In this document: positions 53,718 to 62,785 of the stretch, piece by piece
Position numbering within the stretch: position 1 is the first letter of the stretch
How the letters are laid out: the number at the start of each line of letters is the position of its first letter
Source: an uncultured Planifilum sp.
Lineage (GTDB): Bacteria; Bacillota; Bacilli; Thermoactinomycetales; DSM-44946
DNA length: 64,000 nt
Assembly (NCBI GenBank): GCA_937983105.1
Contig: CALKAM010000031.1
Location: 85,553-149,552, forward strand
Direction of reading: 5' to 3'
Notes under the pieces: model-generated
Told to the model about the DNA's origin: nothing
What the model saw: the letters and a program-made list of their open reading frames with translations, nothing else
The model's database searches: none
Program-made: the position numbers and the translations under genes

Positions 53718-55232
53718 CTACCTCTCCGAGCTGGATTCCTTTTGGGCGAAGAGGCGGAGGACGGCCCGCTTGTCGATCTTGCCCACCGGCGTTTTCGGCA
53801 GTTCGCCGATGAAGCGGAAGGATTTGGGTATCTTGTATGAAGCCAGTTTGCCCCTTAAGTGGGACCTCAGCCCTTCATCGGTCAACCTGGAGCCCTCCTT
53901 CGGAACCACGACGGCCACCACCGCCTCCCCCCATTTGGAATCCGGCGCACCCACCACGACCGCTTGTTCCACTTCGGGATGGTCGGCGATGAGCTGTTCC
54001 ACCTCCGCAGGATACACGTTTTCTCCTCCCGTGACGATCATCTCCTTTTTTCGCCCGACGATGTAGTGATCCCCCTCTTCATCCCGCATCCCCAGATCGC
54101 CGGTCTTGAGCCAGCCGTCGACCAGCGCTTCGGCGGTCGCCCCGGAATTGTTCCAGTAGCGGTCGAACAGGTGCCCTCCCCGAAGCCAAATCTCCCCCAC
54201 GCTTCCCGTCGGAGCATCCGTCCCGTCCTCCGAAACGATCCGGACCTGGTTGTAAATCATCGGCTTCCCGACGGTTCCGGGTTTTCTCCGGGCGGTGGAA
54301 GGATCGGTGACAAAATTGTTGGGGCCCGCTTCGGTCAAACCGTAGCCCTCCCGGAAGGGAAGGCCCTTGGCGGCGAAGGACTGGTACACCTCCCGCGGGC
54401 ACGGGGCTCCCCCGGAGAGGAACTCCCGCATGGTGGGAAAGGACTTGTCGGCAAACCGGGGCGATCGGATGATCTGGTGATACATCGTCGGCACCATCAG
54501 GGCAATGGTACATCCTTCCCGTTCAATCACATCCATGACCTTGTCGGGATCGAAACGGTCGATGATGACAAGGGTCCCCCCCGCATGCAACACCGGGATG
54601 GAGAGGGCGTTCAACCCCCCGGTGTGGAACATGGGCAGGCAGGAGAGGGCCCGATCCTTGGCCGTCAGCTGCCAGCTCAGAATCGTGTTGACCGAGTTCC
54701 AGAAGATGGATCCGTGGGTGAGCACCACTCCCTTCGGTTTACCCGTCGTCCCTCCCGTATAGAGGATCATCGCCGGATCCGACAGCGAGGGATAATCGGC
54801 GGCTTCTCCTTCCTCCGGCTCCGGCGGAAAGTCCGGATCCAGGCGTTCATAGGGGACGACCGCCGGAGCCGACAGTTCCGCCGCCAGGTGTTCCATTCGC
54901 CGGTGAAATGCCAACACCTTCGGCTCGGCATCTTCCAGAATCCCGTTCAATTCCCGGGGGGAAAGTCGCCAGTTCAGCGGGACAAAAACCGCCCCCAGCC
55001 GCTCACAGGCAAAAATCACGGCGAAAACGGATGCATCATTGGGAGAAAGAAATGCTACCCGGTCGCCCCGTGAAATGCCCATCGCCGAGAGCGTTCGAGC
55101 CATCCGGACCGAGCGCCGGTACAGAAGATCGTAACTCCATCGCCTACCGGTTTCTCCATCCACGACGGCGATCCGATCCGGCGAAAGCCGCCTGCGCCCT
55201 TCGAGCCAACCCGTTTCCCAATTCACCGACAT
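53718..55232 (-). CDS. Acyl-CoA synthetase (AMP-forming; FadD/MenE-like)
   Basis: YTGGTTGKPKG, EGYGLTEAGP, WLKTGDLG, GRKKEMIVTGGENVYP, PKTPVGKIDK; likely ATG at 55232. Confidence 0.92.
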   Translation of the reverse strand: MSVNWETGWLEGRRRLSPDRIAVVDGETGRRWSYDLLYRRSVRMARTLSAMGISRGDRVAFLSPNDASVFAVIFACERLGAVFVPLNWRLSPRELNGILEDAEPKVLAFHRRMEHLAAELSAPAVVPYERLDPDFPPEPEEGEAADYPSLSDPAMILYTGGTTGKPKGVVLTHGSIFWNSVNTILSWQLTAKDRALSCLPMFHTGGLNALSIPVLHAGGTLVIIDRFDPDKVMDVIEREGCTIALMVPTMYHQIIRSPRFADKSFPTMREFLSGGAPCPREVYQSFAAKGLPFREGYGLTEAGPNNFVTDPSTARRKPGTVGKPMIYNQVRIVSEDGTDAPTGSVGEIWLRGGHLFDRYWNNSGATAEALVDGWLKTGDLGMRDEEGDHYIVGRKKEMIVTGGENVYPAEVEQLIADHPEVEQAVVVGAPDSKWGEAVVAVVVPKEGSRLTDEGLRSHLRGKLASYKIPKSFRFIGELPKTPVGKIDKRAVLRLFAQKESSSER

Positions 55233-55269
55233 CGCTCCCCGTTTTTCCATGGTGAAATATCCAACGGGG

Positions 55270-55302
55270 AAGATAGCAAAAAGGGGTTGCAAACGGGTTA
55301 CA
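55270..55302 (-). promoter_or_regulatory. Heptamer direct repeat plus extended -10 upstream of the acyl-CoA ligase/regulator operon
   Basis: Minus strand TGTAACC-cgtt-TGCAACC-9 nt-TATCTT, with TG immediately upstream of the -10. Confidence 0.68.
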
Positions 55303-55444
55303 CCCTCTGGACGAGGCCTTCATAACAAAGGCGGGCCGGTCACCCGCTCCAGGCTTTGACAAAGCGTCGGTGGAAAGCCTCTCCGGGGTCAAGGCGCATC
55401 GCCCGACTTCCATCCAAGGGGTCGCCCCCTTCCCGAGAGGACCG

Positions 55445-56281
55445 TCAGGGGATGCTTTCCCCCTGCGCGATCGGATTTTCCTCGTAACTGATCCAGTCGC
55501 TGAAGCTGCCCGCATACAGGCGTCCCTCTCGTCCCGCCAGATGCAGGGCCAACAAATTGGCGCATGCCGTCACACCGGACCCGCAGTAGACGATGGGTTG
55601 CTCCTCCTCGGGAATAAAGGAAAAATCCTTTTTCAATGCCTGGGGAGTTTTCCATCGCCGCCCCTTTTTCAAATTGTTTTTCCAGAAATAATTGACCGCA
55701 CCGGGAATGTGTCCCGCCTTGGCATCGATGGGCTCATACCTTCCCGCAAACCGTTCGGGATCCCGGGAGTCGATCAAAAGCCCCCGGTGCCGCCGAACCT
55801 CCTCCATGCCCACCAGCCATTCGGGGTTACGGATCTGGGGGGTGAACCGGGAGGGCTTCGGATGGACCCGATCCGGCGTTACCGGATACCCCTTCTCCTT
55901 CCACCCCCGGTACCCCTCATCCAAAACCGCCACCTGATCATGACCAAGATACCGGAGCAGCCACCACAGGCGGGCGGCCATCGCTCCTCCCTGATCATCG
56001 TAGGCGACGACGGTTTTGGTGCGATCGATTCCGACCCGCCCCAACGTGTTTGCAAGGGCCTCCAGCTCCGGCAGGGGGTGACGGCCGCCGTGTCGGCGGA
56101 CCGGTCCCGACAGATCCCGCTCCAAGTCCATATATACGGCTCCCGGTATGTGATCCCGTTCATAGGCCTTTCGGCCCGCATGGGGCTTCGACAATTCAAA
56201 CCGGCAATCGACGATGACCAGATTGGAATCCCCCAACCTTTCCCGCAGCCACTTCGGCGAAACGACGGCAGATGGCAGCAC
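55445..56281 (-). CDS. Two-domain rhodanese / sulfurtransferase (SseA-like)
   Basis: DHIPGAVY, GRHPLP, GHIPGAVN, YCGSGVTA active-site loop, YAGSFSDW. Confidence 0.9.
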   Translation of the reverse strand: MLPSAVVSPKWLRERLGDSNLVIVDCRFELSKPHAGRKAYERDHIPGAVYMDLERDLSGPVRRHGGRHPLPELEALANTLGRVGIDRTKTVVAYDDQGGAMAARLWWLLRYLGHDQVAVLDEGYRGWKEKGYPVTPDRVHPKPSRFTPQIRNPEWLVGMEEVRRHRGLLIDSRDPERFAGRYEPIDAKAGHIPGAVNYFWKNNLKKGRRWKTPQALKKDFSFIPEEEQPIVYCGSGVTACANLLALHLAGREGRLYAGSFSDWISYEENPIAQGESIP

Positions 56282-56304
56282 ATGGATCCTCCTTCGTCCG
56301 AATC

Positions 56305-57756
56305 TCAGGATACGTTCCTCCCGCGTTCATCCCGGACTTCCGCATCGTATTTCTTGCAGCGCACGTACCCCCGGAAGGCGGACTCCACCCGGCGCCCCCA
56401 CTGAAACAGCGCATCTTCCTGACCGACGGCGGTGATCAGCTGAAGACCGATCGGCAGCCCGGACCGGTCGGTTCCCACCGGGATGGTCAGGGAGGGAAGT
56501 CCGAAGGTGTTGGCATAGGCCACATACGGCAGATACCGGAGAAAGGTTTTCCGGATCGAGAAGATCTCCCCATACACTTTCCCGTGTTCAGGGGCGGCAC
56601 AATGGTACACCGGGAACACCAACACCCGATTTTGTAGAAACTTCTTCACTTCCTCCTCTCCCTTGCGCAGCTGGTCCCTCAGCTGAATCCACTCCTTCTT
56701 GGAGGGGCGGAACAGGCGCGTTCCCAGGAGGGCCCAGGTCAGGTACGGATGCAGCTGCACCCGCATCTTGAAACGCCCCTTTAAATATTGGCGAAGGATC
56801 CCTGAAAACCCCTTTTCCCCACACAGCCGGACCAGTTCCTCCCCTCCGTCGACGGACATGATCCACTGCCACATCAGCGCCGCCTGCTCGAAAAAGGGAG
56901 GCATCACCGTTAAGGAACCGGAAGCGAACTCCGAGCGGATCGCTTCCAACAACTCGGCCGTCTCCTCGCCCACCGGTGCATCGGGGTGGGGGGGCGGAAC
57001 CACCAGCCGATATGCGTCGATATCCACCGAGGGCGGTTTTTGGAAAGCCAAAATGGCATGGATCTTTTCCGCATCCTTCACCGATTTGGCCAGGGCTCCG
57101 ATTCCGAACATGGAGACCTGGTGGGGCTCCTTCACGTCCGGAAAGGCACCGGCCAGGGAAACCTGGCGGTTCCCCGATTTGAAGCCGATCACCCCATTAA
57201 AGTGGGCGGGAAAACGGATCGATCCGCCGATGTCGGAACCGATCCCCACCGCCGCACCGCCCACCGCGATCAGGGCTCCCTCTCCCCCGCTGGAGCCGCC
57301 GGCAGTTCGGCTCAGGTCCCAGGGATTGTTGGTGCGGCCGAACAGCGTGTTCTCCGTTTCCTGGCAATAGCACAGGGCAGGGGTGTTGGTCTTGCCCAGG
57401 ATGATGGCCCCTTCCTCCTTCAACCGCCTGACGATCTCAGCGTCTGCTGCATCGACCGCCCCCCGGCGATGGGGCAATCCGCCGGTGGTGTGCATCCCCT
57501 TGACGAAAAAGGCTTCCTTCATGCTGATGGGGACGCCCCACAGCCGTCCTCGGGCTTTTCCTTCCTGCAGCAGCCGGTCCCGTTCCTCCGCCTCCCGCCT
57601 GGCTTCATCGAACCGGGTTTCCACGACCGCCCGGATGTGGGGATTCACCCGCTCGATGTGCCGGATATACCCCTCGACCGCTTCAGCGGAGGTGATCTCC
57701 CCCGCCCGGATTTTCTCCGCCAAGGTGGAGGCATCCATGTCCAACAATTCCGTCAT
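56305..57756 (-). CDS. Amidase-signature family hydrolase (FAAH-like)
   Basis: GVPISMKE (Lys), GKTNTP, GGSSGGEG, GSDIGGSIRFPA, GLPIGLQL. Confidence 0.9.
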   Translation of the reverse strand: MTELLDMDASTLAEKIRAGEITSAEAVEGYIRHIERVNPHIRAVVETRFDEARREAEERDRLLQEGKARGRLWGVPISMKEAFFVKGMHTTGGLPHRRGAVDAADAEIVRRLKEEGAIILGKTNTPALCYCQETENTLFGRTNNPWDLSRTAGGSSGGEGALIAVGGAAVGIGSDIGGSIRFPAHFNGVIGFKSGNRQVSLAGAFPDVKEPHQVSMFGIGALAKSVKDAEKIHAILAFQKPPSVDIDAYRLVVPPPHPDAPVGEETAELLEAIRSEFASGSLTVMPPFFEQAALMWQWIMSVDGGEELVRLCGEKGFSGILRQYLKGRFKMRVQLHPYLTWALLGTRLFRPSKKEWIQLRDQLRKGEEEVKKFLQNRVLVFPVYHCAAPEHGKVYGEIFSIRKTFLRYLPYVAYANTFGLPSLTIPVGTDRSGLPIGLQLITAVGQEDALFQWGRRVESAFRGYVRCKKYDAEVRDERGRNVS

Positions 57757-58077
57757 CGGCTCACCTCCGAATTCCGCTTTGCTTCCGCGACATCAGTCCA
57801 TCGATCGACCCGGCCGGTGGAGAAAACGTTTTCATACCGACGCACCGCCGGAGCCGAGATGGTCAACCGCCGCTGATCTGCAGCCCCGCCGAATTTTTCT
57901 TTCCGTTTATATCTTTATATTAGTCCGACGTCCAAAAAACTCCTTCCGCAATCGCCTTAAGGCCGCGGATCGGCACCGCTACGTCAAAAAATGGACGAAG
58001 GCGCGCTCTTCAGGGATCGCCTGCTTTTTTGATTTTTGATAAATTGAGTAGGAGAACCTGGTGGAAGGGGTAGAAAA

Positions 58078-59178
58078 ATGAGCGCAAAATTGAACGAGCT
58101 GACTCGCTGGATGAAGGAACGGGGCGTTGATCTCACCCTGATCACTTCTCCGGCCAACATCCTGTACCTGACCCGTTTCCACTGCGATCCCCACGAACGG
58201 CTCCTTAGCCTGATCATTCCGGCGGAGGAGCAACCCTTTCTGATCGCCCCGCGCATGGAGGTCCAACGGGCCAAGGATGCGGGATGGAAAGGTGAGATCC
58301 TGGGATACGACGATGCGGAGGATCCCTGGAAACGGATCCGGGAGAAGCTGGACCGCCTCGGCCGGCATGCGGTCAGGACGATCGCCGTCGAAAAGGAACA
58401 CCTGACCCAGGGACGGGCGGAACGCCTCCTCTCGCTGTACCCTGAAGCATCGCTGGTTTCCGTCGAGGAGAAAATATACGAACTTCGCGCCATCAAGGAT
58501 CGGGATGAAATCCGCCTGCTCGCCCGGGCAGCACGGCTGGCCGATTATGGCGTGGAAATCGGGATCGACACCCTGCGGGAAGGCTGCACCGAGATGGAGA
58601 TCGTCGCCGAAATCGAGTACCAGTTAAAGCGTCAAGGGGTCCAGGGCATGTCCTTCTCCACCACCGTCCTGTTTGGTGAAAGGACAGCCCTCCCCCACGG
58701 CACCCCGGAAACCCGAAAGCTCGCCCCCGGCGATCTGGTCTTATTCGACCTCGGTGTGATCGTGGAAGGGTACTGCTCCGACATCACCCGAACCGTCGCA
58801 TTCCGTCGGATCGACGTTGAACAGCGTCAAATCTACGACACGGTCCTCCGGGCTCAACGGGCCGCCATCCAGCGTTGCTCCCCCGGCACCCCCATCCGGG
58901 AGGTCGATCAGGCCGCACGAAAGGTGATCACCTCCGCCGGATACGGAGACCGGTTTACCCATCGCGTCGGCCACGGTTTGGGAATCGAGGTCCATGAGTA
59001 TCCATCCCTGAGCGCCTCCAATGAACAAACGCTCCAGGAAGGGATGGTATTCACCGTCGAACCCGGCATTTATCTTCCCGGGAAGGGCGGTGTGCGGATT
59101 GAGGATGACGTCGTCATCACCGCCGACGGCTGCCAAATCCTCACCCATTTCCCCAAAGAATTAAAGATTGTAGAATAA
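58078..59178 (+). CDS. Xaa-Pro dipeptidase (M24B family)
   Basis: LFDLG..GYCSDITRT, HRVGHGLGIEVHE, TVEPGIY, GVRIEDD. Confidence 0.92.
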   Translation: MSAKLNELTRWMKERGVDLTLITSPANILYLTRFHCDPHERLLSLIIPAEEQPFLIAPRMEVQRAKDAGWKGEILGYDDAEDPWKRIREKLDRLGRHAVRTIAVEKEHLTQGRAERLLSLYPEASLVSVEEKIYELRAIKDRDEIRLLARAARLADYGVEIGIDTLREGCTEMEIVAEIEYQLKRQGVQGMSFSTTVLFGERTALPHGTPETRKLAPGDLVLFDLGVIVEGYCSDITRTVAFRRIDVEQRQIYDTVLRAQRAAIQRCSPGTPIREVDQAARKVITSAGYGDRFTHRVGHGLGIEVHEYPSLSASNEQTLQEGMVFTVEPGIYLPGKGGVRIEDDVVITADGCQILTHFPKELKIVE

Positions 59179-59179
59179 C

Positions 59180-59215
59180 CTCCCGGTGTAACCGGGAGAC
59201 TTCTCCTTCCCGCCC
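59180..59215 (+). terminator. Hairpin terminator after the peptidase
   Basis: CTCCCGGT-gta-ACCGGGAG followed by a pyrimidine-rich tract. Confidence 0.55.
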
Positions 59216-59374
59216 TGTTTGGCTCCGCCTCCGAAGAAAAAACCTCTTGATATTTCACTGAATTTCATCGAAAGATCGTGAAATCTATTCGTCGGAATTG
59301 TATCATAGAAAGTGTAAAGCATAGCCGGGCCGTCCCGAAAAATCAATCGAAATATCGTGAAGGGAGGATCCTAA

Positions 59375-60127
59375 TTGAAAAAAATTCCATTTTGGACATG
59401 TCTCACCCTTTCTCTCGCCTTCATCGCCCTTCTATGGTATCAAGCACCGGCACAGGCCCAGGAGACCGCTGATCCGGATCCAGCCGATGCCTCCACCCCG
59501 CCGCCCAGTCAAGAGCCGCCCACCCAACAACTTCCCAACTCCACCAAGCTGGAGGGGACGGTTGTCCGGGTGGTCGACCCGGATACCATTGAGGTGAACT
59601 TGTCCAATGGGAAACGGGAGAAGGTGCGGCTTCTGCAAATCCAGGTTCCCACCGGACGATCCTGCGGACCGGAAGCGATGGATCGGATCAATGAGTTGAT
59701 TCTGGGGAAGACCGTCCAATTGGAGTTGGATGCCAAAAAAAGAGACCAAGAGGGGCGGCTTCTGGCATATGTCTACGTCAACGGCAAATCCGTGCAACAG
59801 GCGCTTCTCAACGAGGGACTTGCAAAGGTATCCTCCTCATCCCAAGGCAAATATGCGGATCAGTACCGGGCCTTTGAAGATCACGCCAAAGCGCTGGAAA
59901 AGGGAGTCTGGGCCTCGAATCCCTGCGGCAAGGGAGAAGATTCGACGGCTTCCAAAGCCCGGGATTCCAACCAAAATGATCACAACCAGTCCGGCACGAT
60001 GGAGCAACAAAAGGCGGGAAACAGCGGCGGGCCATTGCCGAAGACCGGAACCCAGCATCCGACCCAGGCCCTGTTGGGCGCGGGAATCCTCCTGGCCGGT
60101 CTCTGGCTTCGCCGGCGAACGGCTTGA
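59375..60127 (+). CDS. Sortase-anchored thermonuclease (SNase)-fold protein
   Basis: Signal peptide (AQA), Pro/Gln linker, VVRVVDPDT, DQEGRLLAYVY, LLNEGLA, GVW; C-terminal LPKTG plus hydrophobic segment plus RRR. Confidence 0.85.
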   Translation: MKKIPFWTCLTLSLAFIALLWYQAPAQAQETADPDPADASTPPPSQEPPTQQLPNSTKLEGTVVRVVDPDTIEVNLSNGKREKVRLLQIQVPTGRSCGPEAMDRINELILGKTVQLELDAKKRDQEGRLLAYVYVNGKSVQQALLNEGLAKVSSSSQGKYADQYRAFEDHAKALEKGVWASNPCGKGEDSTASKARDSNQNDHNQSGTMEQQKAGNSGGPLPKTGTQHPTQALLGAGILLAGLWLRRRTA

Positions 60128-60368
60128 TCCCGGATTCCTCGCCCCGCCCTCCCAGCATGCCACATGATTTTTTTGTTTTATAAAAAATCATACCGGGAGG
60201 ATGGATCCCTCCCGGTTCTTATATCTAATAAGTCTTTGATCTTGGTCCCTAATAACCATTTTATTCATCTTTGACCGTGAATCAATCCCATATCTTTTTC
60301 ACCAAAAAAATATATTTTCAGTATTTGATTTTGGTTTTCGACACAATCGCAGATCTCGATTGGCACCA

Positions 60369-61787
60369 TCATCCGATGAGCAGGGCAAGAGCCGTGGAAA
60401 GGATCAGGCCCACGGTCACGGGGATAAAATTTTTTCGCACCAGATCGAGGGTCGACACCCCTGTAAATCCCGCCACCGCCACCAACGAAGACCATGCGAT
60501 AATCGTTCCTCCTCCGCTCCAGACCGCTCCCATTTGACCGATGGCCGCCAACAGGGCGGTGTCTCCGGAGGACAGCGCACCGGCCAAGCCGCCGGTTAGG
60601 GGCAGTCCGGAAAAGCCGGACCCGTCCAACCCGCTCAACATGCCGACGGTCAGGAGTCCAAAACCGGCAAAAAAGCGGTTGTCCGGGATCAAGGATTGTC
60701 CGCTGTGTATCAGGTCAAACAGGAAGGCGGGGGCGCGATCCGGGTCCGATAGGATCTCGCTTGAAAAATCCCCATTTCCCAGGAAGAAAAAGCCGGCAAT
60801 GGGAATGACGGGACCCATCGCTCTGACGGCGAAAATCAAACCCTCCACCAAATGGTCGGAGATCCGATCCAACGCGTGCGCTTTGCCGTGTATCGCCGTA
60901 GCCAATACGAGCAAAAGGGCTCCCACGCCGCCGATGAACGCCGCTCCCCCTTCCCCGTCCAGGCTCGATCCGCCGCCGAATTTGGAAAAAATCATGCTGA
61001 CGACAACGCCGAGCAGGGCCAGGGGAACCAACACGGCAAACACGCCGCCCCACCGATGCCGTCCCTCCGGCTTGGAACCCGCTTCTTCTCCCCTTCCCTG
61101 GGCACCCACCACAGATGCCCACTCCCGTTCACTGCGGGGATCTTCGGGATGTCGAATCCGCCGGAATAGGCTCAAATAGGCCAAACCGATTGCCACAGCG
61201 CCGGTGATGATCGACAGGATCAAGGCCTGATCCGCCACTTCCGCCGCCGTAACGCCGGCGGCCCGAGCGCTTAACATCGGAGCAACCTGCATCACATAGT
61301 CGGAAGAGAGCGCCATCCCTTGTCCGGCCAAGGCAATCGCCACAGCCGCTCCCATCTTCGGAAGTCCGGCGCGGATGGCCGGGGGGACCAACAGGGCGCC
61401 TACCAAAGGCACCGTCGGCGTCGGCCAAAAAAACAGGGAAAGAAGGTAAGTCGCTCCCACCAGCGTCCAAAAGGCCATGTGGCCGTTCACCATGATTTTT
61501 CCGATGGGAGCAATCATTTTCCGATCGGCGCCCAAATCATTGAGGGATCGGAGCAGGGCCACCATGAAGGTAATAATGAGAAAAATGCTGAACAGTTCCT
61601 TGGCCGCCACCATATTCGCCTTAAAGATCGCCTGCAATCCGGACGTCAGGCTCTTCTCGTATACCCCGGCGACCAGGAGGGTGCCGATCAAAGCGGGAAG
61701 CACCACCCCCCGCCGGAACAACATGGTGCCGATCACCGTCAAGGTGACCCCCGCATAGATCCAGTGGGCAACGGTCAGTGTCATCAC
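60369..61787 (-). CDS. Multi-pass membrane protein, probable permease
   Basis: About 12-13 hydrophobic segments; LDGSGFSGLPL, W.GGGT.IAWS; substrate unknown. Confidence 0.7.
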   Translation of the reverse strand: MMTLTVAHWIYAGVTLTVIGTMLFRRGVVLPALIGTLLVAGVYEKSLTSGLQAIFKANMVAAKELFSIFLIITFMVALLRSLNDLGADRKMIAPIGKIMVNGHMAFWTLVGATYLLSLFFWPTPTVPLVGALLVPPAIRAGLPKMGAAVAIALAGQGMALSSDYVMQVAPMLSARAAGVTAAEVADQALILSIITGAVAIGLAYLSLFRRIRHPEDPRSEREWASVVGAQGRGEEAGSKPEGRHRWGGVFAVLVPLALLGVVVSMIFSKFGGGSSLDGEGGAAFIGGVGALLLVLATAIHGKAHALDRISDHLVEGLIFAVRAMGPVIPIAGFFFLGNGDFSSEILSDPDRAPAFLFDLIHSGQSLIPDNRFFAGFGLLTVGMLSGLDGSGFSGLPLTGGLAGALSSGDTALLAAIGQMGAVWSGGGTIIAWSSLVAVAGFTGVSTLDLVRKNFIPVTVGLILSTALALLIG

Positions 61788-61961
61788 AGACCCCCGCTTT
61801 CATGAGATTTTAAATTTTCATCCCCCTCCCTTTCCATCAAACCGTATCGGGTATACGAGACAGACAGATGGATAACCCGTTACTGAACCGGCTCGATCAC
61901 CCACTCCGCACCTATCCTATTCATCGCTTCGCCGGAATGTGTACCGGGAGGTGTCCCCCGC

Positions 61962-62723
61962 ATGTGTCTGATTCTTTTGGCTTACCGATCTCACCCGGAT
62001 TATCCCTTGATCGTCGCCGCCAACCGGGATGAATTTCTCGACCGGCCGACGGAACCGGCCCGATTCTGGAAGGATCACCCGGATCTGCTGGCCGGACGCG
62101 ACGGCGTCGGAGGGGGGACGTGGATGGGAATCACCCGCAGGGGACGATTCGCCGCCCTGACCAACTTTCGCAACCCCTCCGAATCGCTAACCCATAAAAA
62201 AAAATCCCGGGGCCTGCTGGTCCGGGATTATCTGATCACGGATCTTTCCCCTCAAAACTACCTGAAGAGGCTGTCGGATCAGCGAACATCCTATCCCGGT
62301 TTCAACCTGCTGGTCGGCAGTCACCGGGAATTATGGTACTATTCCAACCAAACCGGGGCCGTTTGCTCCGTTGCACCCGGAATCCACGGGCTCAGCAACG
62401 CCCTCTTGGACACTCCCTGGCCCAAGGTCGTCAAAGGGAAGGCGCGCATGGCAGCCTGCCTTCAAAAGCCGGATCCCTCCTGCCTCTTCGAACTGTTGGC
62501 CGATGAGGAGCCGGCCCCCGATGAACAACTGCCGGATACCGGAATCGGATTGGAAAGGGAACGGCTCCTGTCCCCGGCCTTCATCCGAGCCCCCGGATAC
62601 GGCACCCGCTCCTCCACCGTATTGCTTGTGAGCGCGCGGGGAGAAGTGAACTTCATCGAGCGGTCCTTCGCCGGAGAAAAGACGACCGAGGTCCGCTACC
62701 GCTTTTTCATCGAGGAAGAGTAA
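61962..62723 (+). CDS. NRDE/TANGO2 family protein
   Basis: MCLILL, AANRDEF..RPT, GGTWMGI, LTNFR, LSNALLDTPWPK, YGTRSST. Confidence 0.92.
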   Translation: MCLILLAYRSHPDYPLIVAANRDEFLDRPTEPARFWKDHPDLLAGRDGVGGGTWMGITRRGRFAALTNFRNPSESLTHKKKSRGLLVRDYLITDLSPQNYLKRLSDQRTSYPGFNLLVGSHRELWYYSNQTGAVCSVAPGIHGLSNALLDTPWPKVVKGKARMAACLQKPDPSCLFELLADEEPAPDEQLPDTGIGLERERLLSPAFIRAPGYGTRSSTVLLVSARGEVNFIERSFAGEKTTEVRYRFFIEEE

Positions 62724-62785
62724 TGGGGAAGCCGGGGGGCCGCACCATCTCGCCCACTCCCTGCGGGTTCTTGCAGGGAGTTTTT

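Noticed and set aside
59187-59193. Additional single TGTAACC heptamers (also 11970-11976 inside rasP)
   Set aside because: Unpaired. One is the loop and arm of a terminator hairpin and the other is in coding sequence, so they are not counted as regulon sites.
60160-60220. Two adjacent hairpins (ATGATTTTTT/AAAAAATCAT and CCGGGAGG/CCTCCCGG)
   Set aside because: Adequately explained as terminators between convergent genes.
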